From Felis catus (Eukaryota): DNA of 64,000 nucleotides. The notes beneath the pieces were generated by a model. That model ran no database searches, was not told the origin of the DNA, and was given only the letters and a program-made list of their open reading frames with translations. Location of the stretch: the NCBI RefSeq assembly GCF_018350175.1, contig NC_058368.1:194434001-194498000 (forward strand). Reading direction: 5' to 3'. Made by a program: the position numbers and the translations under genes. How positions within the stretch are numbered: the stretch's first letter is position 1; each line of letters starts with the position of its first letter. This document shows positions 53,770 through 64,000 of this stretch, piece by piece.

Positions 53770-54705
53770 TTCAGATATCTCTCAAATCTGCTGCTGCCAT
53801 AGTAAACCCATCCATTACTATTTCTTACTTAGAATACTGCACCAGCCTCCTGCCTACATCCTATTAATACTTCACCCTTCTTAATTCTCCTGCTCAAAAC
53901 TTTCCAGAGATTTCTCTCTGCAGTCTGAATCAGACCCAAACGCTATATCAAATCCTAGAAAAATTTACATGATCTGGTCCCCACCAGTCACTTCAAGCTA
54001 ATCACTCATACTCTCCTGTCCACTCATTAAGTCCCACCTGCATTTGTCTTCTTGATGTTTCTGAAACACATCAAGCTCATTGTTGCCTCAGGACTTTTGC
54101 GCTCGCTATTACTTTTGCTGGGAATGCACTTCCCTTTGCTCTTTAAAAAAATTTTTTAATGTTTATTTATTTTTGAGAGAGACAGAGACAGAATGCGAGT
54201 GGGTTAGGGACAGAGAGAGAGAGGGAGACACAGAATCCAAAGCAGGCTCCAGGCTCTGAGCTGTCAGCACAGAGCCCAACATGGGGCTCAAACTCACCAG
54301 CTGTGAGATCACGGCCTGAGCTGAAGTCGGACGCTCAACCGACTGAGCCAACCAGGCGCCTCACCCTTTGCTCTTTTATGACTGACTTCTCATCATTCAG
54401 ACCTCAGCCCAAATGACATTTCCTGATGTAATTTTTCTTTGACCATCCTTAATAAAACAACACCCCAGCCTTATGCGTGTATGGTCCTATATCCTTCTTT
54501 CCCCTCACATCACAAGTTGTTATCTGAAATTGTATTATTATTTGTTTGCTTGCATATTTTCAGAATTCCCTACAGTAAGAAAAGCTCCACATGACAAAGA
54601 TCTTTGTTTTGCTTGTCTGCTGATGTTTCCACAGAGCCTAGAACATTGCCTGGTAACACAGTGAACCCTCAAGAAGTATTGGTTGAATAAAATAGAGTGA
54701 ATAAA
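53770..54705 (+). mobile_element. L2 3' end (interrupted by a SINE)
   Basis: ttgcctcaggactttt...; terminus agagcctagaacattgcctgg...tattggttgaata. Confidence 0.75.
54145..54362 (-). mobile_element. Can-SINE with 13-bp TSD
   Basis: TSD ccctttgctcttt at 54132-54144 and 54364-54376. Confidence 0.96.
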
Positions 54706-55290
54706 TCTTCAATTTACAGGTAAGGAAATGAGGCTGGGAGAGCCTGAGCAACAATCCCAATGCCTTTACATGATTTCTACGGGTGTGTCTGATTTTAAAC
54801 CCCACTGCCTTTTAGTACAGCAAGCCACTGCCAAAAGAGACCGAAGTGAGAGACAGCCGGCAGGGCTAGATGTCGCACAAGGGTTTTTCCAGGCTTTGGA
54901 TTCTATTGTGGATGCAAACAAACCAGAAAGGCACATTGATCATGCTTTCCCCAGAGAGCCCTGGATTTCCAACGGAACAAGATAACTTGAGAAATCTATT
55001 GATCTCCCATTTTTGTCACGCTGTGCAGGTGACAAGGATCAATGGAAATTTGTACTCTCCTATCCATGACCCTGCAACTTTATTTTGTATTTCCATCCAG
55101 ACGCCCACAGCTCTGCAAAACGCACGCTCAAAGTACCCACGGCTCATTCAAGTGAGAGTATCACCCTCTGTGTTAGCTGTTTTCCCAGCTCCTTCCAATC
55201 CAGAGAACCGTCTCTGCTCCTCTCCAGCTCCTGCTTCAAAGCCAGCCCTCCAACCCAGGGGTCCTCGGGCTGAGCGTCTGACACACACTC

Positions 55291-55320
55291 ATTGGCCCAC
55301 AGCCCGTGCAGGGGCGGGGC
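55291..55320 (+). promoter_or_regulatory. Candidate NMUR2 TATA-less proximal promoter: inverted CCAAT (ATTGG) and Sp1/KLF GC box
   Basis: attgg at 55291-55295 and ggggcggggc at 55311-55320, about 190 bp upstream of the ATG, in locally GC/CpG-enriched DNA. No ATG lies between these elements and the start codon. Confidence 0.55.
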
Positions 55321-55507
55321 CTCTATCTCTTCCAAAGGGATCCGCGTCTGAGCAGCCCAGCCTTTCTGAAGTACTCACGCTTCCCCAGCCTCTTTCCCGC
55401 CCCCCTGAGTCTGTGCTTTCCTGCCTGCTTTCTCTTTCTTTTCTGGCTCAGCCTGGGACAGAAGCCTCTATCAAAGGAGGCTCAGGTCTTGCCGTTTAAA
55501 ACCAGTA

Positions 55508-56224
55508 ATGGAAAAACACAAGAACGTTTCCTGGATCCACCAGCAGGAACTGGCAGATCCATCCCAGAAATACCTGAACAGCACCGAGGACTACCTGGCC
55601 TTCCTCTACGGGCCTCCACGCAGCCACTTCTTCTTCCCAGTGACTGCAGTGTACGCGCTGATTTTCGTCGTGGGAGTCGTCGGCAATTTCCTGGTGTGCC
55701 TGGTGATTCTTCGGCACCAGGCTATGAAGACGCCCACCAACTACTACCTGTTCAGCTTGGCCGTCTCCGACCTCCTGGTCCTGCTCCTTGGGATGCCCCT
55801 GGAAGTCTACGAGATGTGGCGCAACTACCCCTTCCTGTTTGGGCTGGTGGGCTGCTACTTCAAGACGGCCCTCTTTGAGACGGTGTGCTTTGCCTCCGTC
55901 CTCAGCGTCACCACGGTCAGCGTGGAACGCTACGTGGCCATCCTCTACCCGTTCCAGGCCAAACTGAGGAGCACCCGGCGGCGGGCTCTCAGGATCCTTG
56001 GCCTCGTCTGGGGCTTCTCTGCCCTCTCCTCTCTGCCCAACACCAGCGTTCACGGCATCAAGCTGCACTACTTCCCCAATGGGTCCTTGGTCCCGGGCTC
56101 CGCCACCTGTGCGGTCATCAAGCCCATATGGATCTACAATTTCGTCATCCAGGTTACCTCTTTCCTCTTCTACATCCTCCCCATGACTGTCATCAGTGTC
56201 CTCTACTACCTCATGGGGCTCAAA
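55508..56224 (+). CDS. NMUR2: Neuromedin U receptor 2, first coding exon (239 codons: N-terminus, TM1-TM5)
   Basis: Class A GPCR motifs: TM1 GN, TM2 LAVSD, TM3 C and ERY, TM4 W, ECL2 C, TM5 FYILP. The sequence MEK..N.SWI.QQ.L.DP.QK.LNSTE.YLAFL.GP.RSHFF and [40 protein letters not shown] matches human NMUR2 as I recall it. Phase-0 donor AAA|GTGAGT at 56225. Confidence 0.97.
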
Positions 56225-56773
56225 GTGAGTATCCGAGCTCGCTGGCTTAGGGTGGTGTATCTCTTCTACTCTCATTGACTCAAAGTTCAGAGAAAAGAAC
56301 TTAGACTTGGAGAAATCCAGAATTGGAAGGAAGCAGAGAGGAAAACAGAATGAGCTCAGAGGGCAAACAGAAGTTAAAGGACCGGCCCCAAATCAGGCAA
56401 ATACTAAACACAACTATAAACCATTTCCTTCAACTCATCTATCATTATTCTTCCCTCTATGCCTGTGGCTTTCAAATCTAGGAGTTCCTAGAAATTTTAC
56501 TCTGGGTATCAAAGTGCAGGCCCTTCCCCCTGGGAAATCCTGATTCAGTAGGCCTGAGGGGGAGCCTCATTTTAAGCAGCACAAAGTGGCTACCACAGGA
56601 GAAACTGCTCCACATCCTGTTGTCTCCTGTCCCCATCTACCGCCTGCACTGAAATTTTCCTCTGTACCAATTGGGTCTGTGTATAACATAAACTATCTCT
56701 ATCTTCTACTCCAAGACAGATATATAGTTTTAAAGTGAGACTGTTCCTTATGGTTGCTTTGACCCTTTGGTTG

Positions 56774-56791
56774 AAATATCAGGTTAAAATG

Positions 56792-56840
<49 letters not shown>

Positions 56841-56868
56841 TTGATATATAAAATATCAGGTTAAAATG

Positions 56869-56919
<51 letters not shown>

Positions 56920-56923
56920 TTGA
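56774..56923. repeat. Tandemly duplicated (TA)n locus including its unique flanks
   Basis: aaatatcaggttaaaatgcaa-(TA)n-tggcttga occurs twice. Confidence 0.95.
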
Positions 56924-58888
56924 GTGGGACCAACTTGGATTTCTCTTGATCAGATGGAAACTGAGGGACAAAGAAGTGAACAGAGCACATAAGATAGAGT
57001 AGAAGAAAGTGGGATAAGTGATAGCCAGAATTAATAAAACACTATCACTTTGTTTCCAACATATCTTATAATTAGAGAAGGTTCCTTTCCTATACTCATG
57101 GTGATATGATACTCATGAGTTGGGGTTTTTTTTTTTCCCTAATCTAAATTAGCTGAGAGAAACTACTTTTGGTGAGGGTAGTAGTGAGTCTATATAATCC
57201 CTCTCCTGGCACATTCTGCATCCAAATTCATAGAGATGAAATCTAACTGTGACGGTTTTATGCCCATTTAAGGAGGCAGCTTGTGTTTTGTAAACAGTCT
57301 TAGGACTACTTAGATTCCCAGATCTGAAGCTCACATAAAATATGCTTTTAGCCAAGCCACACAACTCTCTCCTGGAGTTAGTTTTCACATTTATAAAATG
57401 AAAAGGTCACATTAGATCATATCTAAGGCTCCCAATAGCTCTGGCAGTCTGTAATAACCTAAAAAAAAAAAAAATGAGAAAGAAAAATCCATGAGCAGGA
57501 ACAACGAGAATTAATAATGAAGGGAAAACAAAGCAAACATCACATTCCCATCATATGTTTCAAGATGACTCTGCCACCATGTATTCTGTGACAGTCAAGG
57601 TACTCCCATCTTAGTGCATCTTTGAGAAAGGTGAATATCAGAAATGACTGCCCCCACAAGTGGTCCTTTTAAATACATGCTGTGCCTAAGATGAGTGGCA
57701 GAATCCAACTAAGAAGAACAAATTCTAAGTACCACAGATGTCCAGACACAGAAGTAAATTTAATCAGGCAGGGAGTTTTGTCATTCTCCTCTTAGAGGGA
57801 TGGCTCCTCTATTCCCAGAGATACATGTCACCCCAGACTAGCTTTAGAATGTGTGTGTATCACTGGGGGAAAAGGATTTCTGTATCATTCCACATATCAT
57901 GAGCCCTGTGAGAAATCTCTACCCCAAACTTATCAATACCATCTCATCCAACACCAATCATTTATCTTGGGTTAATTTGGGAGAAGTATTTAACTTTGAG
58001 TAGGAAACACATATCCCTCACCCCAACCAATTACTTTGTGTTTCATTTTGTTTTGCTGTAATGAACTTAAGGCTACCTTGTATCAGAAGCTAAGTGACAG
58101 TTCAGATGACAGCTTAGAAACTATCTAGTTTGCTTTGTGTGTATAGTGAAACTTCGAGCTTTCCTATTCTCAGGAAGGATGAGCTCTTACCCAGAGGACA
58201 CCAGGGAAAAACTCTCGACTTAGAATATCACTTCTAGAGGAATTAAAGATCTGTAGACGGAGTTAGGAGAAATAGGCCCTAGACTATGGCGTTCGGGGCC
58301 TTTGCACAGGCTGTACCCTTTGCTGCATCATTGCCCAAAATGTTGCTACTGTTGACAATCACAATCCCTTTTGCTTTGTTAATTCTAACTCATATTTTAA
58401 ATCCTACTTCACCCACACTTCCTCAGGAAAACTCTCCCTGACTCTAGCTGCACCTGGTCCCTGTGTACGTGGTCATGGTTCCTGGTGATTTCCCTTTGAT
58501 GGAATCCCAGGACCAAGGAAGAAAGAGGGGAGCCATATGTGTGCTGCTGCATCATTCCAGGATACAAGTACCCACTGAGCTGCTCTCCAAGGCTCAAACC
58601 TGTTAGAGATGGAAAGTAGACAACCCCAAGGCAAGTTTCTTCCCATCTGGGAGGGAAGCTCTTTTGGGTCTCTCACCTGGTACTTATACTCCTGCAGGCA
58701 ACATTAACACTTGAATTGAAGAGGATGTATTATGAATTGTAGCAGAATCCAGCCATGCCAAACAGAGTTGCACTATTTTTTTTTAATAAACAGATCTTGT
58801 TCAGATTGTGGAAATATTTACACAAAAGCTAGGAGTATATCTTGGTATTCTGGAGCTTAGTCTCCACAAACTATATAAACGTGGTGGA

Positions 58889-58937
<49 letters not shown>

Positions 58938-59036
58938 TATATAATTATATATATTATATATTTATATATTATTTATACATATATTTATACATATATAAAT
59001 ATAAATATAAATATAAATATAAATTATTATTATATA
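58889..59036. repeat. AT-only low-complexity tract: (TA)n/(TATAAA)n
   Basis: Almost all A/T, flanked by a 17-bp direct repeat. Confidence 0.93.
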
Positions 59037-59704
59037 TATATAAATGTGGTGGATCAACCTGAATCCCCCACATGGCCCTCCCCTTCACCTTTTATCTCAC
59101 ACAGCTAAAGTGAGTGGAGAGGAAGGCCTCTGAACTTCCTGTAGAGTAACCACAATTTTTCACTCCTCTTTTTGTATCTTGACTTTTAGAAGTGCAGGGG
59201 TGGGGAGAATACTTAAGGAGTGAATAGCTACTTTGCTAAACATCTGAAGGGAAATAAAATAATTCAAACATAAAGCAGTAGTTAATATTGGCCAGACAAA
59301 TTGTGTGCATTCTATTCTACTATACCGCCTCCTTCAAATTCCACCGAAACAATGTATCAGATGCATAAATATTCAGTTTTCACTCTTCCCCCTAGTTGGT
59401 TAGTTGTATCACTAAAACCTATGAAAGCTGAAAAGTAAGAAATTATTAATATAATTTTCTTTTCGTTGCAAACTACACTGTACAGGAAGCCTGTTCATAA
59501 AAGAACTGTATGAACTGTTTGCTTTATGTTTGATTTAAGGAAACTATTACTTTAAGTAGAGAAATTACCAATGAGAAGTTTTAAACCCACCCAAAGAAGG
59601 GACTAATAGATCTCAATAGTTGTTCTTTGTTCTTAATTTTGGACTGAAATCAAATTATGGAATGACTCTCTTGTAATAATGACAAAATTTAAAAAATGGT
59701 ATGG

Positions 59705-59915
59705 GGGGTGCCTGGGTGACTCAGTCGGTTAGACATCCAACTCTTGCTTTTGGTTCAGGTCATGATCTCATGGTTCGTGGGTTCAAGCCCCACATCAGGC
59801 TCCGTGCTGACAGTGCAAAGCCTACTTGGGACTCTATCTCTCTCCCTCTCTCTCTGCCCCTCTCCTGCCCTTGAGCTCTCACTCTTTCTCTCAAAAATAA
59901 ATAAACTTTAAAAAT
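59705..59915 (+). mobile_element. Can-SINE (intronic, sense)
   Basis: Canonical head, body and tail. Confidence 0.94.
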
Positions 59916-60639
59916 AAGATTAAAATAGTAGGAAATAATTAGAACCTTTAGCAGATTTAAGTGATGAGTTAGTAAGATGTGCAGTTTGATTTATTGCTCT
60001 TAAACAAAAAGGTTTTTGTCTCAGTGCATCTGTTTGCTTCTTTGTCTCAACACAAGTACTGCTTGTGGGTGACAGTTACCATGAGAGGGAGAATTTCTGG
60101 AAGGGACTCAGTAATCCACATGAGTGACCCCACAGATATGAATAAATAACCCTGTTTCACCAAAATTCAGTTTTTATTATGTCTTTTGAGTAAACTGAGG
60201 ACAATAACCAGAATGACAATATATACTTATTGAATAGCATGTGCCAGGAACTGAGATGAGCACTACACCTGCATTATTTTGTTTTACTATTACATTAATA
60301 ACATTATTGTCAGTTTCCTCCTGTCCATTCCTAATAACTGCATAATATTTTTCTTTCTTGTTTCCAAGTTCTAGATGACCTTGGAAGGGTTAAATCTCAC
60401 AGACTCCTTACTCCCTTACTTTGTAAAGACACGGGTATACGTAGAGAGCACCAGTATATTCAGAGACAGATTGGTCAGGTTTGTTAATTATCCAAGTGAT
60501 GCTTCAGGGCTGGTGTGGTCTTGAGAGCTACCTGACTTCTAGGAGCTAACATGTTTGTCAGAGAGACAGGATACTCCTTTGTTTAACTCTGTAGGCAACT
60601 TTTAATGGCCCTCTCTTCCAAGTCTTATTTAATTTAAAA

Positions 60640-60850
60640 TTATTTTTTAATGTGTATTTATTTTTTGAGAGAGAGAGAGAGAGCATGCAAGTGGGGCAGG
60701 GACAGAGAGAGGGAGACGTAGAATCCAAAGCAGGCTCCAGGCTCTTAGCTATCATCACAGAGTGCAATTCAGGGCTTGAACTCACAGATGGCAAGATCAT
60801 GACTTGAGCCAAAGTCGGACGCTTAACTGACTGAGCCACCCCGGTGCCCC
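60640..60850 (-). mobile_element. Can-SINE (intronic, antisense) with TSD
   Basis: TSD caa(g/c)tcttatttaattt at 60619-60635 and 60851-60867. Confidence 0.95.
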
Positions 60851-61065
60851 CAACTCTTATTTAATTTTAAATACCTTCTCTGAAGCGTTCTATAAAAATG
60901 CCATCCAGCTCAGGAAGGTCACTGATTCTAAGAGCAGTCTGTTCTACTGTTGCACATACCCACACCAAACTCTTTTTTATCTTGAACTGGAATACATTTT
61001 CTTATAATTCAACAATCTGATCCTAATCTACCCAAAACTATATAGAATAAGTTGAATGTTCCTTC

Positions 61066-61660
61066 CACCTGATGGTCCTGATAAGTGTGTCAGAACTTTC
61101 TACGTTGCTAATGAGGGAACCCCAACTCAATCTGGCAAAACATGAAGGGCAGTATAGACCTGATAAATCAAGAGGTGGAGCTGGCTTTTGATGAAGCTTA
61201 ATTCTGTAAAACACACAATATTCTCAAAGACCTAGCTTTATTTCTATTTCTTTGCTCTTCTTTCCATAAGGTTGATTTCAACCTCAAAATACACACAACA
61301 GGTCATTCGTGGCTCCCAGCACTTTCCTTGTGGTGGAAAAAAAAAAAAATAGCTGTTGTATTCCAGAATTCCATGCAGAGAACAAGAAGGGGTCCCAATA
61401 AGAGAGAAATAAAGCTTCAATTCCTAGAAGTACAAGCAAGAATCTGAAACCCCATTGATTCCAATCATCTAATCACTGTGACTGATGGAAAGGAGCTAAA
61501 TTATTTAGGGTCTGAACCTGGAGCTGGAGATGGGATCATTGCCATCCAAATTAATGAATGCCTAGGAATGGAGAAAGCGTTAATTTCCTAAAGGAAAATC
61601 ATGGTACCATTGGTAGGAAAAGAAGAGAATAAGTGCTAGAGAATCAAGCACAAACACATA
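61066..61660 (-). mobile_element. Old MaLR LTR (MLT1K/L-like)
   Basis: gtgtcagaacttt...gttgc..aacccaactcaa; aatcactgtgac; ttcctaaaggaaaatc. Confidence 0.5.
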
Positions 61661-62711
61661 CTGTACTATCTTGTAGATACTTGATAGTAGTTTGTCATGA
61701 GTCCTTAAAGCTTTCTTTATGGTTTCTTTATAGTTGTATAACCCCACCAACTAAAAATATGTAAGTTGAAAAGAAGAAAATTCCACAACTAGGTAAACGG
61801 TGCAGATCTTCAGTGCTAAGGGAGTTGAGAGGAAGGAGAGGATAATGGGCTGCAGGGCCACCAGAGTCTTGTAGAAGTAGATGGGACTTGAACAGGGTGG
61901 GAAAAATTGCATGTACAGTGGTGTTAATATTTGACATTTTTAGAGACTTCAAGGATCACCACCTCTTGCAACAGGATGAGTATATTCCACATCTAAATTC
62001 AGAAACATGTGCAGTCTTATCAGTAACATTATTAACATAGAATTTCTCAGATTGCGCTTCTTAAGATATAGTAAGTATTCCACTGAAAAGGGTTGGGTGG
62101 GGGAAAATTGTTTAGTCAAAGAAGCACTATCTCCTTTGAGGTTGGGGTTGGAGATGTGGGGTGTGGAAGGTGGGGATGAGGGAAGGGTGATACATGAACC
62201 CCCAGGAAAATGTTCATAATGTCCATCAGCACCTTAAAGACACTGAGAAGACTCACAATAAAGACTATAAAATTTATGAAGCAGAAACAATATCTGTTTT
62301 TGTTTTCTACTGCCTACCTACCCTATAGCAGAGGGATTCCATTCTAAAAGATATCTGATTATTATTGAATGAATGAATGAATGAATGAATTGCCTACCTA
62401 ACTTTTTTTTACTTTAGAATTTCACATTTTTTATAGAATACACGTTAACATACTATATAACCAGGGTTCTACAGAATAGCGTATGATAAATGGTTGCATT
62501 GCAACGTGGCCACAACCCTCGATCCTGTTGATTTAGGTGACTTGGATCCAACTCCACCTCCAACTTATTGTTAAACATTTGACAAATTCTTACATTTCTT
62601 TGTGTCCCAGTTTTTTGTCTGCAAAATGAGTGTTAGAGCTACATTTCTCAGATCTTAACAGGAGGAAAAAAATGTTTACCTCCCTTAGCAACCTTTCCAC
62701 TTCCCTTGCAG

Positions 62712-62796
62712 CTAAAGAAGGACCAACTGCTTGGGGCAGATGAAATGACTGCAAATATTCAAAGACCTGCCAGAAAATCAGTCACCAAGATGCTAT
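62712..62796 (+). CDS. NMUR2: NMUR2 second coding exon (85 nt; ICL3 to start of TM6)
   Basis: cag|CTAAAGAAG... encodes [28 protein letters not shown], in frame with exon 1 and similar to human LKKDKSLEADEGNANIQRPCRKSVNKML (from memory). Phase-1 donor T|GTGAGT at 62797. Confidence 0.94.
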
Positions 62797-63432
62797 GTGA
62801 GTCCTTCATTTTGTTTGGGGTTTGTTTGTTTGTGAAAGCAAAGGAGTTGCATTTGGTACTGAGAAAGCGTTGCTGGGGTCAGAATCAAAATTCTGAAACA
62901 AGATGTTGAGGTCTGGTCTTCCTTGGTTTTCTCAGCCTCCTAGGACCTTTCTGTTTTGTTTCTATTTCACTTTTTAACCCTCAAACAATGCCCTGAGTTG
63001 TGTCATTGTAATACTCTCTGAGGTATTTGGCAAATCTCACTCTCTGTGATTTTGAGCATTTCTTTTCCTCTCTAAACTGAGCAGGTTATTTTTAACCTAT
63101 TTTGTGTTATGAGTTGCTTTTTTAATTTTTTTAAATACAATGAAAGCTGTGAACTCTCCCCTCAGAAAATGTACAAATACACATACACAAACATTGTATA
63201 ATCCTTTTCAGGGGATCACGAACCTGTTGACACCCATCCTTGGACTCCCTAGGATCTTTTAATTCCAGATTAAGAACATGTGGCCAAGAGTAACTGTAAG
63301 CAGTCATACCACCTATAACATCATATGATTTTATATAAAACAATACACTCTTTTGTATAGATAAGGTGTTTTTAAAAATCCGGGCAGTGCTCTACACTCT
63401 CCCAAAAGAGTGCTATAAAAATATGTGGTCCT

Positions 63433-63622
63433 GGGGTGCCTGGGTGGCTCAGTTCAGTCAGTTAAGCATCGACTATTGGTTTCTGCTCAGGTCATGATCT
63501 CAGGGTTCGTGAGATCTGTCGTTGGGCTCAGGCTCTGTACTGACGGCTGGAGCCTGCTTGGGATTATCTGTCTCCCTTATTCTCTGCCCCTCCCGCACTC
63601 TCAAAAATAAGTAAATATTAAG
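63433..63622 (+). mobile_element. Can-SINE (NMUR2 intron 2, sense)
   Basis: Head ggggtgcctgggtggctcag; gtcct duplicated on both flanks. Confidence 0.9.
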
Positions 63623-64000
63623 ATATATATATAGTCCTGCACTAGCGTATGAGAAATATTGATGAGAAAGGAGGAAAGGAGATTTATAATAAACTTCCCA
63701 AGACAAAACCAAAGATTTGAAAGAAACATATCCTTCAGGCTAATAGGTATATAAAACACTTACTCTAACTATGTGGTGTTTATGAGCAAAAATCCTGTGA
63801 AGTCACTAAAGCCTGTCTTTTCAATTCTAGTAGTCATCATCTTAGAAATCGCTTAGCCCCTGTTGGCACCTGACTTTCCCTATTAAGAAATCTCATGTCT
63901 TCATAATCTCTCTCTCCTCTTCCTCCTTGATCATAATCTGCTCTTGCAAAAAGATTTGAAGTGTATGCACATTAAAGTCACTGTGATAAAATATACAGTA

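Larger units (their letters stand above)
56225..62711 (+). other. NMUR2: NMUR2 intron (6487 bp, GT-AG, phase 0)
   Basis: Donor gtgagt; acceptor ctttccacttcccttgcag. Confidence 0.93.

Noticed and set aside
55496..56275. 259-aa antisense ORF over NMUR2, plus alternative-frame ORFs 55306-55878, 55885-56250 and 55998-56186
   Set aside because: Shadow ORFs expected from a high-GC3 coding exon. No recognisable domains, and some use non-ATG starts.
1233..60839. Recurrent 'MAQSV..PTSAQVMIS' peptides that look like a small gene family
   Set aside because: All are translations of Can-SINE copies.
62706..62909. 67-aa ORF as a standalone gene
   Set aside because: It is NMUR2 exon 2 plus intron read-through; the TTG start lies in the splice acceptor.
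1..64000. CRISPR arrays, operons or prokaryotic defence systems
   Set aside because: The DNA is mammalian, and I found no regularly spaced repeat-spacer structure.

Overview
Mammalian genomic DNA from a feliform carnivore, most likely a cat. The evidence is about 25 tRNA-derived Can-SINEs of the SINEC_Fc type plus carnivore L1 3' ends. About 55 kb is repeat-rich intergenic sequence (SINEC, L1, L2, MIR, MaLR/ERVL/ERV1 solo LTRs, hAT-Charlie MER5/MER20, microsatellites). The only protein-coding gene I can support is the 5' part of NMUR2 (neuromedin U receptor 2, class A GPCR) on the + strand: coding exon 55508-56224 (TM1-TM5), a 6487-bp GT-AG intron, and an 85-bp exon 62712-62796 (ICL3). The remaining exons lie beyond the window. 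I found no convincing new biological system. The best leads are: a possible splice acceptor in the NMUR2 5' leader; inverted SINEs flanking the frame-shifting exon 2; a SINE dimer inside one TSD; a TSD-flanked 'tail-only' insertion that became a microsatellite; and a duplicated (TA)n locus that may be an assembly artefact. Repeat subfamily names and human comparisons come from memory, not database searches, and most repeat boundaries are approximate.
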